Part shown: in pieces, positions 8,137 to 16,757 of the stretch
Layout: every line of letters starts with the position of its first letter
How positions within the stretch are numbered: the first letter of the stretch is position 1
Assembly: GCA_037440005.1 (NCBI GenBank)
Contig: JBBIUY010000033.1
Coordinates: 1 to 32,549 of the forward strand
DNA: 32,549 nucleotides
From: Armatimonadota bacterium
GTDB lineage: Bacteria > Sysuimicrobiota > Sysuimicrobiia > Sysuimicrobiales > Kaftiobacteriaceae
Direction of reading: 5' to 3'
Position numbers and translations under genes: made by a program
The notes under the pieces: generated by a model
What the model saw: the letters and a program-made list of their open reading frames with translations, nothing else
What the model was told of the DNA's origin: nothing
Databases searched by the model: none

Positions 8137-9315
8137 GTGGCCCGCGTGATCCGCGTCATCACCCGGTTGAATGTCGGCGGCCCGGCACAGCACGTGGTGC
8201 ACCTGACCGCCCTGCTACCGGGGCTGGGATTTGCCTCGGACCTGGTGTGCGGGCGGGTGGACCGGGACGAAGGGGACATGACCGCGTTCGCCCTGCGCCG
8301 CGGGGTGAGACCGCAGGTGGTGCCCTCGCTGCGGAACGCGGCCACCCCGGTCGCCGACCTCAAGGCCTGCCTGACCCTGTTCCGCCTGTTCCGGCGGGCG
8401 CGCCCGGACATCGTCCACCTCCACCTGCTCAAGGCACGGGTGCTGGGAGGACTGGCCGCCCGGCTGGCGCGGGTCCCGGTGGTGGTGGAGACGTTCCACG
8501 GAACCCTCTTCCACGGGTATTACTCCCCCGGGGTCACGCGGGTTCTGCTGGCCGTGGAGCGGGCCCTGGCCCGTCGGATGGACGGGATCGTCGCCGTCAG
8601 CCCGGCGGTGAGGGAGGAGCTGGTCCGCCACCGGGTGGCTCCGCCCGGGAAGATCGCCGTCATCCCGCTGGGGCTGGAGCTGGCGCGGCTGGTCCGGCCG
8701 GACGTTCGGCCCGGGCGTTTCCGGACGGAGATGGGCGTGCCGCCGGACGCCCCGCTGATCGGGGCGGTGGGGCGCCTGGTGCCCATCAAGGGTCTGGAGT
8801 ACCTGCTGGAGGCGGCGGCGTTGGTCGTCCGGCGGCGCCCTGCGGCCGTCTTCGTCCTGGTCGGAGACGGACCCCTGCGCCTGGCCCTGGAGAACCGAGC
8901 GCGGGCGCTGGGGCTGGTCCGGCAGGTGCGCTTCGCGGGCTGGAGAATGGATGTGGAGCACGTCTATGGGGACCTGGACGTGGTGGTCCTGCCCTCGCTG
9001 CACGAGGGAACGCCGGTGTCGGTGATCGAAGCCATGGCTGCGGGCCGCCCCGTGGTAGCCACCCGCGTCGGAGGCGTGCCCGACCTGCTTCAGGACGGGG
9101 AGACCGGTCTGCTGGTTCCTCCCCGCGACCCCGCCGCCTTGGCCGCCGCCATCCTCGACCTGCTGGAGGATCCGACGCTGCGCGCGCGCCTGGGGGAGGC
9201 GGCCCGCGGGGCCGCCTACCCGCGTTTTGACGTCACCCGTCTGGCCGCCGACACCGCCGCCTATTACCGGGGCCTGCTCGCCCGGCGCGGCCGCCCTGCG
9301 GAGCCGGGGGCATGA
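8137..9315 (+). CDS. Glycosyltransferase family 4 (GT-B)
   Basis: ITRLNVGGPA, VGRLVPIKG, PSLHEGTPVSVIEAMAAG (Ex7E), ATRVGG; GTG start inferred. Confidence 0.9.
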   Translation: MARVIRVITRLNVGGPAQHVVHLTALLPGLGFASDLVCGRVDRDEGDMTAFALRRGVRPQVVPSLRNAATPVADLKACLTLFRLFRRARPDIVHLHLLKARVLGGLAARLARVPVVVETFHGTLFHGYYSPGVTRVLLAVERALARRMDGIVAVSPAVREELVRHRVAPPGKIAVIPLGLELARLVRPDVRPGRFRTEMGVPPDAPLIGAVGRLVPIKGLEYLLEAAALVVRRRPAAVFVLVGDGPLRLALENRARALGLVRQVRFAGWRMDVEHVYGDLDVVVLPSLHEGTPVSVIEAMAAGRPVVATRVGGVPDLLQDGETGLLVPPRDPAALAAAILDLLEDPTLRARLGEAARGAAYPRFDVTRLAADTAAYYRGLLARRGRPAEPGA

Positions 9316-10295
9316 GGGCGCTGATCACCGGCGGAGCCGGGTTCATCGGCTCGCATCTGGCCGAGGCGCTGCTGGCCGAGGGAGCCGAGGTGGTGCTGCT
9401 GGACGACCTCTCCACCGGCCGGCTGGAGAACGTGCGGCACCTGCTGGAGCGGCCCGCGGTCACGTTCGTGCGCGGCTCGGTCCTGGACCCGGACGTGGTG
9501 GACGCCCAGGTGCGCCGCTGCGACCAGGTGTACCACCTGGCCGCGGCCGTGGGCGTGCGGCTGGTGTTTCAGCACCCGGTGCGCACCATCGAGACCAACG
9601 TGCGGGGGACGCAGGTGGTCCTGGAGGCGGCCCTGCGCCACGGCCGGCCCGTGTTCGTGTCGTCCACGTCGGAGGTGTACGGGAAGGACGTCGGAAACCG
9701 GGGAGGAGGATTTCGCGAGTCCGACGACGTCACCTTCGGGACGTCGCTGCGGTGGTGCTACGCTGCCTCCAAAGCCCTGGACGAGTACCTGGCGCGCGCC
9801 TACCATGCCGAGAAGGGGCTCCCGGTGGTCATCGGCCGCTTCTTCAACACCGTGGGACCCCGCCAGAGCGACGCCTACGGCATGGTGGTGCCGCGGTTCG
9901 TGCGCCAGGCGCTGGCGGGGCGCCCCATCACCGTGTACGGGGACGGTACCCAGGTGCGCAGCTTCGGGTGGGTGGGGGACGTGGTGCGGGCCACCGTCGC
10001 GTTGATGAAGACCCCGGCGGCGGTGGGCGGCGTGTTCAACATCGGCAGCGACGAACCGATCACCATCCGGGACCTGGCCGTGCGGGTGAAGACCCTGGCC
10101 GCCAGCCGGTCGGAGATCGTCTTCATCCCCTACGAGGCCGCCTACGGCGAGGGATTCGAGGACATCCGCTACCGCGTGCCGGACATCACCAGGCTGCGCC
10201 AGACCATCGGGTACCGGCCGACGGTGAGCCTGGACGACATGCTGCGGGCCGTGATCCGGTACGAAGCCCAAGGGGAGAGGAGCGCCGTCCCGTGA
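9312..10295 (+). CDS. NAD-dependent nucleotide-sugar epimerase/dehydratase
   Basis: ITGGAGFIGS, HLAAAVGV, STSEVYGK, YAASK, FNTVGPRQ; ATGA overlap with GT4. Confidence 0.92.
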   Translation: MRALITGGAGFIGSHLAEALLAEGAEVVLLDDLSTGRLENVRHLLERPAVTFVRGSVLDPDVVDAQVRRCDQVYHLAAAVGVRLVFQHPVRTIETNVRGTQVVLEAALRHGRPVFVSSTSEVYGKDVGNRGGGFRESDDVTFGTSLRWCYAASKALDEYLARAYHAEKGLPVVIGRFFNTVGPRQSDAYGMVVPRFVRQALAGRPITVYGDGTQVRSFGWVGDVVRATVALMKTPAAVGGVFNIGSDEPITIRDLAVRVKTLAASRSEIVFIPYEAAYGEGFEDIRYRVPDITRLRQTIGYRPTVSLDDMLRAVIRYEAQGERSAVP

Positions 10296-11629
10296 CCGTC
10301 GATCACCCTCTGTCGGCGACCGCGCAGGGGCTGGAGGAGCGCATTCGCCTCCGCCGGGCCACCGTGGGGGTCGTCGGCCTGGGGTATGTGGGCCTGCCCC
10401 TGGCCGTGGAGTTCGCCCGGGCGGGGTTTCCCGTGGTCGGGATCGACTTGGATCGCCGTCGGGTCGAGGCCGTGGCCAGCGGACACAGCTACATCGGCGA
10501 TGTGCCCTCCACCGACCTGGCCGCCGTGGTGGAGGCGGGGCGGCTGCGGCCCGCCACGGGGTACGAGGCGCTGGGTCAGGTCGACGTGGTCATCATCTGC
10601 GTCCAGACTCCATTCACGACCACCAAGGAGCCCGACCTGCGGTACGTCACGTCGGCCCTGGACGAAGTGGCCGTGCGCCTGCACCCGGGCGAGCTGGTCG
10701 TCCTGCAGAGCACCACCTATCCGGGGACCACCGAGGAGGTAGCCCTGCCGCGGCTGGCCGCCACGGGGCTGCGGGTGGGCGTCGACTACTTCCTGGCGTT
10801 CTCGCCGGAGCGGGTGGATCCCGGCAACCCCCGCTACACCACCCGCGACATCCCCAAGGTGGTGGGCGGCATCACCGCCGCCTGCACCCGGATGGCGCGG
10901 GTGCTGTTCGAGCAGGTGGTCGTCGCCGTGCACGAGGTGTCCTCGGCCCGCGTCGCCGAGCTGACCAAGCTGCTGGAGAACGTCTTCCGCAGCGTCAACA
11001 TCGCCCTGGTGAACGAGCTGGCCCACCTCTGCCACCGGATGGGCGTCAGCGTCTGGGAGGTGGTGGACGCCGCCGCCACCAAGCCCTTCGGGTACATGCC
11101 GTTCTACCCGGGCCCCGGGGTGGGGGGCCACTGCATTCCGGTGGACCCTTATTACCTGGCCTGGAAGGCCCGGGAGTACGACTTCAACACCAAGTTTGTC
11201 GCCCTGGCCGCCGAGATTAACGAGAACATGCCCTACTACGTGGCCGACCGACTCACGGAAGCGATCAACGTCCACGTCCGCAAGAGCGTGGCAGACGCCC
11301 GCGTCCTGGCCCTGGGCGTGGCCTACAAGCCCGGCGTCGCCGACACCCGGGAGTCCCCGGCAATCAAGGTCCTGGAGCGGCTGCGCCTGCGGGGGGCCGC
11401 CGTCCGCTACCACGACCCGCTCGTGCCGCGCCTGGTCCTCAACGGTCAGGAGCTGCTGTCGGTCCCCCTGACCGCCGACGAGGTTCGCGCTGCCGACTGC
11501 GTGGTGATCCTCACCGACCACCCCGGGGTGGACTACGACCTGGTGGTGCGCCACGCCCGGCTGGTGTTCGACACGCGGAATGCCACGGGCCGTACCGGAT
11601 GCCGGGACGGCCGCGTGATCCTGCTGTGA
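10292..11629 (+). CDS. UDP-N-acetylhexosamine/UDP-sugar 6-dehydrogenase (WbpA-like)
   Basis: GLGYVG, QSTTYPGTT, FSPERVDPGN, KLLENVFR.VNIALVNE, GGHCIPVDP, YKPGVADTRESP; GTGA overlap. Confidence 0.92.
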   Translation: MTVDHPLSATAQGLEERIRLRRATVGVVGLGYVGLPLAVEFARAGFPVVGIDLDRRRVEAVASGHSYIGDVPSTDLAAVVEAGRLRPATGYEALGQVDVVIICVQTPFTTTKEPDLRYVTSALDEVAVRLHPGELVVLQSTTYPGTTEEVALPRLAATGLRVGVDYFLAFSPERVDPGNPRYTTRDIPKVVGGITAACTRMARVLFEQVVVAVHEVSSARVAELTKLLENVFRSVNIALVNELAHLCHRMGVSVWEVVDAAATKPFGYMPFYPGPGVGGHCIPVDPYYLAWKAREYDFNTKFVALAAEINENMPYYVADRLTEAINVHVRKSVADARVLALGVAYKPGVADTRESPAIKVLERLRLRGAAVRYHDPLVPRLVLNGQELLSVPLTADEVRAADCVVILTDHPGVDYDLVVRHARLVFDTRNATGRTGCRDGRVILL

Positions 11630-11642
11630 GCGGAGAGGACCC

Positions 11643-13418
11643 GTGGAGCGGGCGGCGGGGGCATTCGTCTTCACCCTGGCGCTGACCGCCCTGCTCACCG
11701 CTGTCTGGCGCGGCGCGCTGCTGCGCTGGGGCCGGCTGGATCCGCCGCGGCCCGACCGGTGGCACAGACGCCCCGTGCCCCGGCCGGGAGGGCCGGCGAT
11801 GGTGGTGGCCCTGGCCGCGGGGCTGGGGTTGTGGCTGCCGCGGCCGGTTCCGCCTCCCCTGACGGGCTTTCTGGTGGGTGGAGCCTTCATCTTCGGGGTC
11901 GGCCTGCTGGACGACCTGGTCAACCTGGCCAACCCTCTGAAGCTCACCCTCCTGATCACCGGCGCGGCCATCCCGCTGCTGTTCGACGTGTCCTTCTCGC
12001 CGTTGCCGGACCTGGTCGGCGTGCCCCTGGCCATGCTGTGGATCCTCGTCATCACCAACGCCGTCAACTGGCTGGACAACATGGACGGGCTGGCCGCAGG
12101 GGTCAGCCTGGTGGCGGCGGCGGCGCTGACCGTGCTGTTTCTGGACGGAGGAGATGCGGCGGGGGCGGTGGCGGCGGCGGCGCTGGCGGGCGTGTGCGCC
12201 GGGTTCCTGATCTTCAACGTCAGCCCGGCGCGGATCTTCATGGGCGACTCGGGCAGCGGCGTGCTCGGGTTCGGCCTGGCCGGGCTGGCCCTGTGGGGAT
12301 CGGCGCGACACATCACCAACGTGGTGCTGGCGCTGCTGGTCCCCGTGATGGTCCTGAGCATTCCCATCTTCGACTCGGCGGTGGTCACCGTTACCCGGCT
12401 GGTCTCCGGGCGCCGTCTGTTTCAGGGCGGCCGGGACCATCCCAGCCACCGGCTGGTGGTCCTGGGGCTGACGGAACGCCAGGCGGTCGCCTGGCTGTCC
12501 GCCCTCAGCGCGCTGTCGGGAGGCGCCGCGCTGCTGGCCGCCCGGCACGACGTGTGGTTGGGCGTCGTCCTGGCCGGCGGCGTCCTGTGCAGCCTCATCG
12601 TCGTCGGCATCGTCCTCACCCGCGTGCAGGGCGACCGCGACCCGGTCCCCCGGTCGGGGCGGGGAGCCGTCATCCTCTGGCAGCTGACCCACAAGCGGCG
12701 GCTGGCGGCGATGGCGTTGGACCTGGTGCTGGTCGCACTGGCGTACGTGGGGGCGTACCTGCTGCGTTTTGAGGGTGACATCCCCCGCAGCGTGGCCCGG
12801 CGGATGGCCGAGGCGCTGCCCCTGGTGCTGAGCGTGAAGGTGGCCGCCCTGTACGCCGCCGGCGTCTACCGCGGCGACTGGCGGTACGCCGGCCTGCTGG
12901 ACCTGGTGCCTCTGGCGCGTGGGGTCACCCTGGGGTCGGTGTCGGTCGTGGCCCTGCTGTTCTTGTGGACCCGGCTGGCCGGGCAGTCCCGGGCCGCCCT
13001 GGTCATCGACTGGGGTCTCACCCTGGGGGTGCTGGGGACGATGCGGGTGGGCGCACGGCTGCTGCAGGAATACATCGCGGCCCACCGCCGCCACGGGCGA
13101 CCGGTCCTGATCGCGGGCGCCGGACAGGGCGGGGTGCTGCTCCTGCAGGAGTTGCGGTACAATCCGGCCTTCCCGTACCGGCCGGTGGGGTTCGTGGACG
13201 ACGACCCGCTCAAGCAGGGCGCCGTGATCCGGGGCGTTCCCGTGGTGGGGACCACCCGGGACATTCCGGCGCTGGTCCGTCGGCACCGGGTGGAGGCCGT
13301 GCTGGTGGCCGCCCCGTCTTTGAGGCCCGAGGCGCTCGAGCGTATCCGGGTCCTGTGCGACGAGGCGGGAGTGCCCGTGCGCCTGATGCGCACCCTGCTG
13401 GACCCTGTCGAGGGATGA
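11643..13418 (+). CDS. WecA/TagO (MraY-family) phospho-HexNAc transferase fused to a CapD/PglF-like membrane + Rossmann-like module
   Basis: GLLDD, NAVNWLDNMDGL, FMGDSG, DHPSHRL; C-terminal AYLLRF..GVYRGDWRY..IAGAGQGG..VGFVDDD..GVPVVG. Confidence 0.85.
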   Translation: MERAAGAFVFTLALTALLTAVWRGALLRWGRLDPPRPDRWHRRPVPRPGGPAMVVALAAGLGLWLPRPVPPPLTGFLVGGAFIFGVGLLDDLVNLANPLKLTLLITGAAIPLLFDVSFSPLPDLVGVPLAMLWILVITNAVNWLDNMDGLAAGVSLVAAAALTVLFLDGGDAAGAVAAAALAGVCAGFLIFNVSPARIFMGDSGSGVLGFGLAGLALWGSARHITNVVLALLVPVMVLSIPIFDSAVVTVTRLVSGRRLFQGGRDHPSHRLVVLGLTERQAVAWLSALSALSGGAALLAARHDVWLGVVLAGGVLCSLIVVGIVLTRVQGDRDPVPRSGRGAVILWQLTHKRRLAAMALDLVLVALAYVGAYLLRFEGDIPRSVARRMAEALPLVLSVKVAALYAAGVYRGDWRYAGLLDLVPLARGVTLGSVSVVALLFLWTRLAGQSRAALVIDWGLTLGVLGTMRVGARLLQEYIAAHRRHGRPVLIAGAGQGGVLLLQELRYNPAFPYRPVGFVDDDPLKQGAVIRGVPVVGTTRDIPALVRRHRVEAVLVAAPSLRPEALERIRVLCDEAGVPVRLMRTLLDPVEG

Positions 13419-14440
13419 AGGCCATCATCCCCGCCGCCGGGATGGGGACGCGGCTGCGGCCCCACACCTTCACCCACCCCAAGGCCCTGCTGCCGGTGGC
13501 CGGCCGGCCGATCCTGGCCCACATCGTGGACGAGCTGGCCGCCTGCGGGGTGGACGAGGTCGTCCTGGTCGTGGGCCACCTGGGAGAGCGGGTGGCCGCC
13601 TTCGCCCGCCAGCGGTATCCCCACCTGGCGGTGCACGTGGTCTGGCAGGACCGGCCTCTGGGCAACGGCCACGCCGTCTACGTGGCCCGGGACCACCTGG
13701 ACGGGACGCCGGCGGTGATCGTCTTCGGCGACACCATCGTCAAGGGCGACTTGGCCGCAATGGTGCGCAGCCCGCACTCGCTGGCGGGGGTGAAGGAGGT
13801 CCCTGACCCCCGGCGCCTGGGGGTGGTGGAACTGGACCGGGACGGGTACGTCCGCCGCATCGTGGAAAAGCCCGAGGTCCCCCCCAGCCGCCTGGCGGTG
13901 ATCGGCGCCTACTACATCACCGACACGCGTGCCCTGCGGGAGGCCCTGCAGCGGCTGGTGGATGAGGACCGCCGCCAGCGGGGAGAGTTCTGGCTGGCCG
14001 ACGCCCTGCAGCTGATGGTGGAGGCCGACGTGCGGATGGGGACGTTTCCGGTGGAGCGCTGGTACGACTGCGGCACCCTCGAGGCGTGGCTGGCGGCCGC
14101 CCGGGACCTGCTGGAACTGAACCCGCCCCCGGTGCCCGAGACGGCGCGCGGCCAGGTGGTCCCGCCCTCCTACGTCAGCCCCTCGGCGGTGCTGGAGGGG
14201 TCGGTGGTGGGTCCCCACGCGTGCGTGGGGGACGAGGCCCGGGTGGTGAACTCCCGAATCGCCGGCTCCATCCTGTTCCCCCGGGCCGTGGTGGAGGACG
14301 CGGACCTGGTGGACTCGGTGGTGGGCGAGGGCGCCGTGGTGAGGCGGGTGGCCGGCCGGGTCAACGTCGGCGACGCCGGCCAGGTGGAGGGAGCGTCTGG
14401 GAGAGCACGCGCGGCGGGCAGAGAACCGATGCCGCCATGA
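13415..14440 (+). CDS. Sugar-1-phosphate nucleotidyltransferase with C-terminal beta-helix (long-form RmlA-like)
   Basis: IPAAGMGTRLRPHT...PKALLPVAGRP, IVEKP, WYDCGT, hexapeptide-like repeats; ATGA overlap. Confidence 0.9.
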   Translation: MKAIIPAAGMGTRLRPHTFTHPKALLPVAGRPILAHIVDELAACGVDEVVLVVGHLGERVAAFARQRYPHLAVHVVWQDRPLGNGHAVYVARDHLDGTPAVIVFGDTIVKGDLAAMVRSPHSLAGVKEVPDPRRLGVVELDRDGYVRRIVEKPEVPPSRLAVIGAYYITDTRALREALQRLVDEDRRQRGEFWLADALQLMVEADVRMGTFPVERWYDCGTLEAWLAAARDLLELNPPPVPETARGQVVPPSYVSPSAVLEGSVVGPHACVGDEARVVNSRIAGSILFPRAVVEDADLVDSVVGEGAVVRRVAGRVNVGDAGQVEGASGRARAAGREPMPP

Positions 14441-15360
14441 GGCATCGGGTGGGGATCCTGCTCGTGGGGCTGCTGGTCCTGGCCGCGCCCGCCGGTGCTG
14501 CTTCCCGGGAGCGCACGTACGTGGTGCGGCCGGGCGACACCCTGTGGACCATCGCCGCCCGCACCGGCGTGCCGGTGGAGGCCCTGGTCCGGGCCAACGG
14601 CCTGCCGGACCCGGACCGGATCCGGCCGGGACAGGTCCTGCACATTCCCGTCCCGCCGGGTTCCGGCCCACCGCCGCGCGAGCAGGCCGCCGCACGATCC
14701 CGCGCGGCGCCCGCCCGAGGAGTGGCGCTGGTCGTGGCCGTGCACCGGGTGCGTCCGGGCGACACGCTGCTGGCCATCGCCCGCCGGTACCGGGTGCCGG
14801 TGGAGTGGGTCGTCCGGGCCAACGGGCTGTGGTCCGACCGGATCGTCCCCGGCCAGCGCCTGGCGATCCCCACCCGCCGGGGCGTGGACGTGCTGGCGCG
14901 CCGCCATCCGCCCGCGCCCCGCCCGATCCCCGTGCCCCTGGCCGCGTTCGCCCGCTCGCCCCGCCCGGGCACGCCGGCGTGGGACCTGATCCGGCAGGCC
15001 CGCCGCTACCTGGGCGTGCCCTACCGCTGGGGCGGGGAGTCCTCGCAGGGGCTGGACTGCTCGGGGCTGGTCTACCGGGTGTTCGCCCGCCGCCTGCCCG
15101 GGATGGGACGGCTGACGTCGTTCGACTACTTCCGCGTCGGCCGGCCGGTCCCGCCGGAGGCCATCCTGCCCGGGGACCTGGTGTTCTTCACCACCGACGA
15201 GCCGGGGCCGTCTCATGTGGGGATCTTCCTCCGCGACGGTCTGTTCATCCACGCCTCCTCGGCCGCCGGAGAGGTCACCATCACCTCGCTGGACGACCCG
15301 CTGTACCGGGAGCGCTTTCTGGGCGTCCGCCGGCTGGTGGACCTGTCCCCGCGCAATTGA
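14437..15360 (+). CDS. Secreted 2xLysM + NlpC/P60 peptidoglycan endopeptidase
   Basis: Signal peptide; YVVRPGDTLWTIA and HRVRPGDTLLAIA LysM; YRWGG..GLDCSG, SHVG, FIHAS Cys-His-His triad. Confidence 0.92.
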   Translation: MRHRVGILLVGLLVLAAPAGAASRERTYVVRPGDTLWTIAARTGVPVEALVRANGLPDPDRIRPGQVLHIPVPPGSGPPPREQAAARSRAAPARGVALVVAVHRVRPGDTLLAIARRYRVPVEWVVRANGLWSDRIVPGQRLAIPTRRGVDVLARRHPPAPRPIPVPLAAFARSPRPGTPAWDLIRQARRYLGVPYRWGGESSQGLDCSGLVYRVFARRLPGMGRLTSFDYFRVGRPVPPEAILPGDLVFFTTDEPGPSHVGIFLRDGLFIHASSAAGEVTITSLDDPLYRERFLGVRRLVDLSPRN

Positions 15361-15385
15361 CGGGGTCCGAGGGGGCCGGTACAAT
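15357..15385 (+). promoter_or_regulatory. Sigma70-type promoter of rplM-rpsI
   Basis: TTGACG-N17-TACAAT; the -35 overlaps the upstream TGA stop. Confidence 0.85.
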
Positions 15386-15413
15386 GGTCCCCGCCGTGTC
15401 ACGGACCGCTGCG

Positions 15414-15854
15414 GTGACCAAGACCTTTCAGCCCGCCCCGGGGGAGATCGTCCGCCGGTGGCACGTGGTGGACGCCGACGGCATGGTGCTGGGCCGCCTG
15501 GCCACCCGGGTGGCGACGCTGCTGCGGGGCAAGCACAAGCCCGAGTTCACCCCCCACCTGGACGTGGGGGACGGGGTCATCGTGATCAACGCGGCCAAGG
15601 TGCGCCTGACCGGGCGCAAGGCCGAGCGGGAGATGGTGTACTGGCACACCGGCTACCCGGGCGGGCTCAAGCAGGCGACCCTGGGGCAGCTGCTGCGGAC
15701 CAAGCCGGAGCGGGTCATCACCGAGGCGGTGTGGGGGATGCTGCCCAAGACGGCCCTGGGGCGCCGGATGCTGCGGCGGCTGAAGGTCTACCGGGGCAGC
15801 GAGCACCCTCACCGGGCCCAGAAGCCGCAGGCGCTGGACCTGCGGGCGCGGTGA
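15414..15854 (+). CDS. rplM: 50S ribosomal protein L13
   Basis: WHVVDADGMVLGRLA, LRGKHKPEFTPHLDVGD, HTGYPGGLK, GMLPK, HPHRAQKP; start GTG 15414 (alternative GTG 15396). Confidence 0.97.
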   Translation: MTKTFQPAPGEIVRRWHVVDADGMVLGRLATRVATLLRGKHKPEFTPHLDVGDGVIVINAAKVRLTGRKAEREMVYWHTGYPGGLKQATLGQLLRTKPERVITEAVWGMLPKTALGRRMLRRLKVYRGSEHPHRAQKPQALDLRAR

Positions 15855-15893
15855 CCCGGCACAACGCGCAGAGAGCGGGATGAGGGCGATCCG

Positions 15894-16298
15894 ATGAGCG
15901 CAGTGGCGGCGGACGCGGTGGCGCAGGCCACCGGACGGCGCAAGGAAGCGGTGGCGCGGGTGCGGCTCGTGCCCGGCAGCGGCCGGATCGTGGTCAACGG
16001 CCAGCCGGCCGAAGCGTACTTCCCCCGGCCGACGCTGCGGACGCTGATCAGCCAGCCTCTGCAATTGGCCAAGGCCGACGGGCGCTTTGACGTGGTGGCG
16101 ACGGTGGACGGCGGGGGGATTTCCGGGCAGGCCGGGGCGCTGCGCCACGGCATCGCCCGCGCCCTGGCACACCTGGACGCGGCGTTGCGCCCGCTGCTGC
16201 ACAAGGCGGGACTGCTCACCCGCGACCCGCGCATGAAGGAGCGCAAGAAGTACGGGCACAAGCGGGCGCGCAAGGCGTTCCAGTACTCCAAGCGCTGA
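15894..16298 (+). CDS. rpsI: 30S ribosomal protein S9
   Basis: [40 protein letters not shown]. Confidence 0.98.
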   Translation: MSAVAADAVAQATGRRKEAVARVRLVPGSGRIVVNGQPAEAYFPRPTLRTLISQPLQLAKADGRFDVVATVDGGGISGQAGALRHGIARALAHLDAALRPLLHKAGLLTRDPRMKERKKYGHKRARKAFQYSKR

Positions 16299-16305
16299 AC
16301 TGCAC

Positions 16306-16596
16306 CCCTCACCCCGACCCTCTCCCCTGAGGGGAGAGGGAGTGTATGACTTGGCTCTCGCCTCTGGGGGAGAGGGAGTGTATGACTTGGCCCTCGCCTC
16401 TGGGGGAGAGGGAGTGTATGACTTGGCCCTCGCCTCTGGGGGAGAGGGAGCCTATCGACCGACCCTCTCCTCTGGGGGAGACGGACTGTATCGTCCTGCC
16501 CTCTCCGCTGAGGGGAGAGGGAATGTATGACCCGACCCTCTTCCCTGAGGGGAGAGGAAGTGTGTCACCCCGGCCTGCTCCCTGAGGGAGAGCCGG
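16306..16596. repeat. Tandem array of about 8 hairpin-forming 36/37-bp units
   Basis: Unit 1 is the REP-like repeat; units 2-4 near-identical GTGTATGACTTGGCCCTCGCCTCTGGGGGAGAGGGA (16342-16449); units 5-8 diverged. Confidence 0.9.
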
Positions 16597-16621
16597 GGGG
16601 AGGCGCCACGGGAGAGGCGCG

Positions 16622-16660
16622 GAAGGCGGGGTCTAACTAGACCCCGCCTTCTGGCTTTCT
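16622..16660 (+). terminator. Probable intrinsic terminator of rplM-rpsI
   Basis: Perfect inverted repeat GAAGGCGGGGTCTA-AC-TAGACCCCGCCTTC followed by TGGCTTTCT. Confidence 0.65.
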
Positions 16661-16757
16661 GCACGATCCGGATGTCCCCCGTCGTGTGGGGGCCGGCGTC
16701 TAGGCGCACGGCCGCAGCGGGCACAATGCGGGTACCGCCACGTTTCTCGACCGGCCG

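Noticed and set aside
13415..14440. Calling the nucleotidyltransferase GlmU
   Set aside because: Shorter than GlmU and lacks recognisable GlmU acetyltransferase motifs; substrate cannot be assigned by eye
16342..16585. Small ORFs MYDLALASGGEG... and MTWLSPLGERE...
   Set aside because: By-products of a 36-bp period; both frames are open for the same reason and nothing else supports translation
16306..16596. CRISPR array
   Set aside because: Units abut head-to-tail with no unique spacers and there are no cas genes in the window
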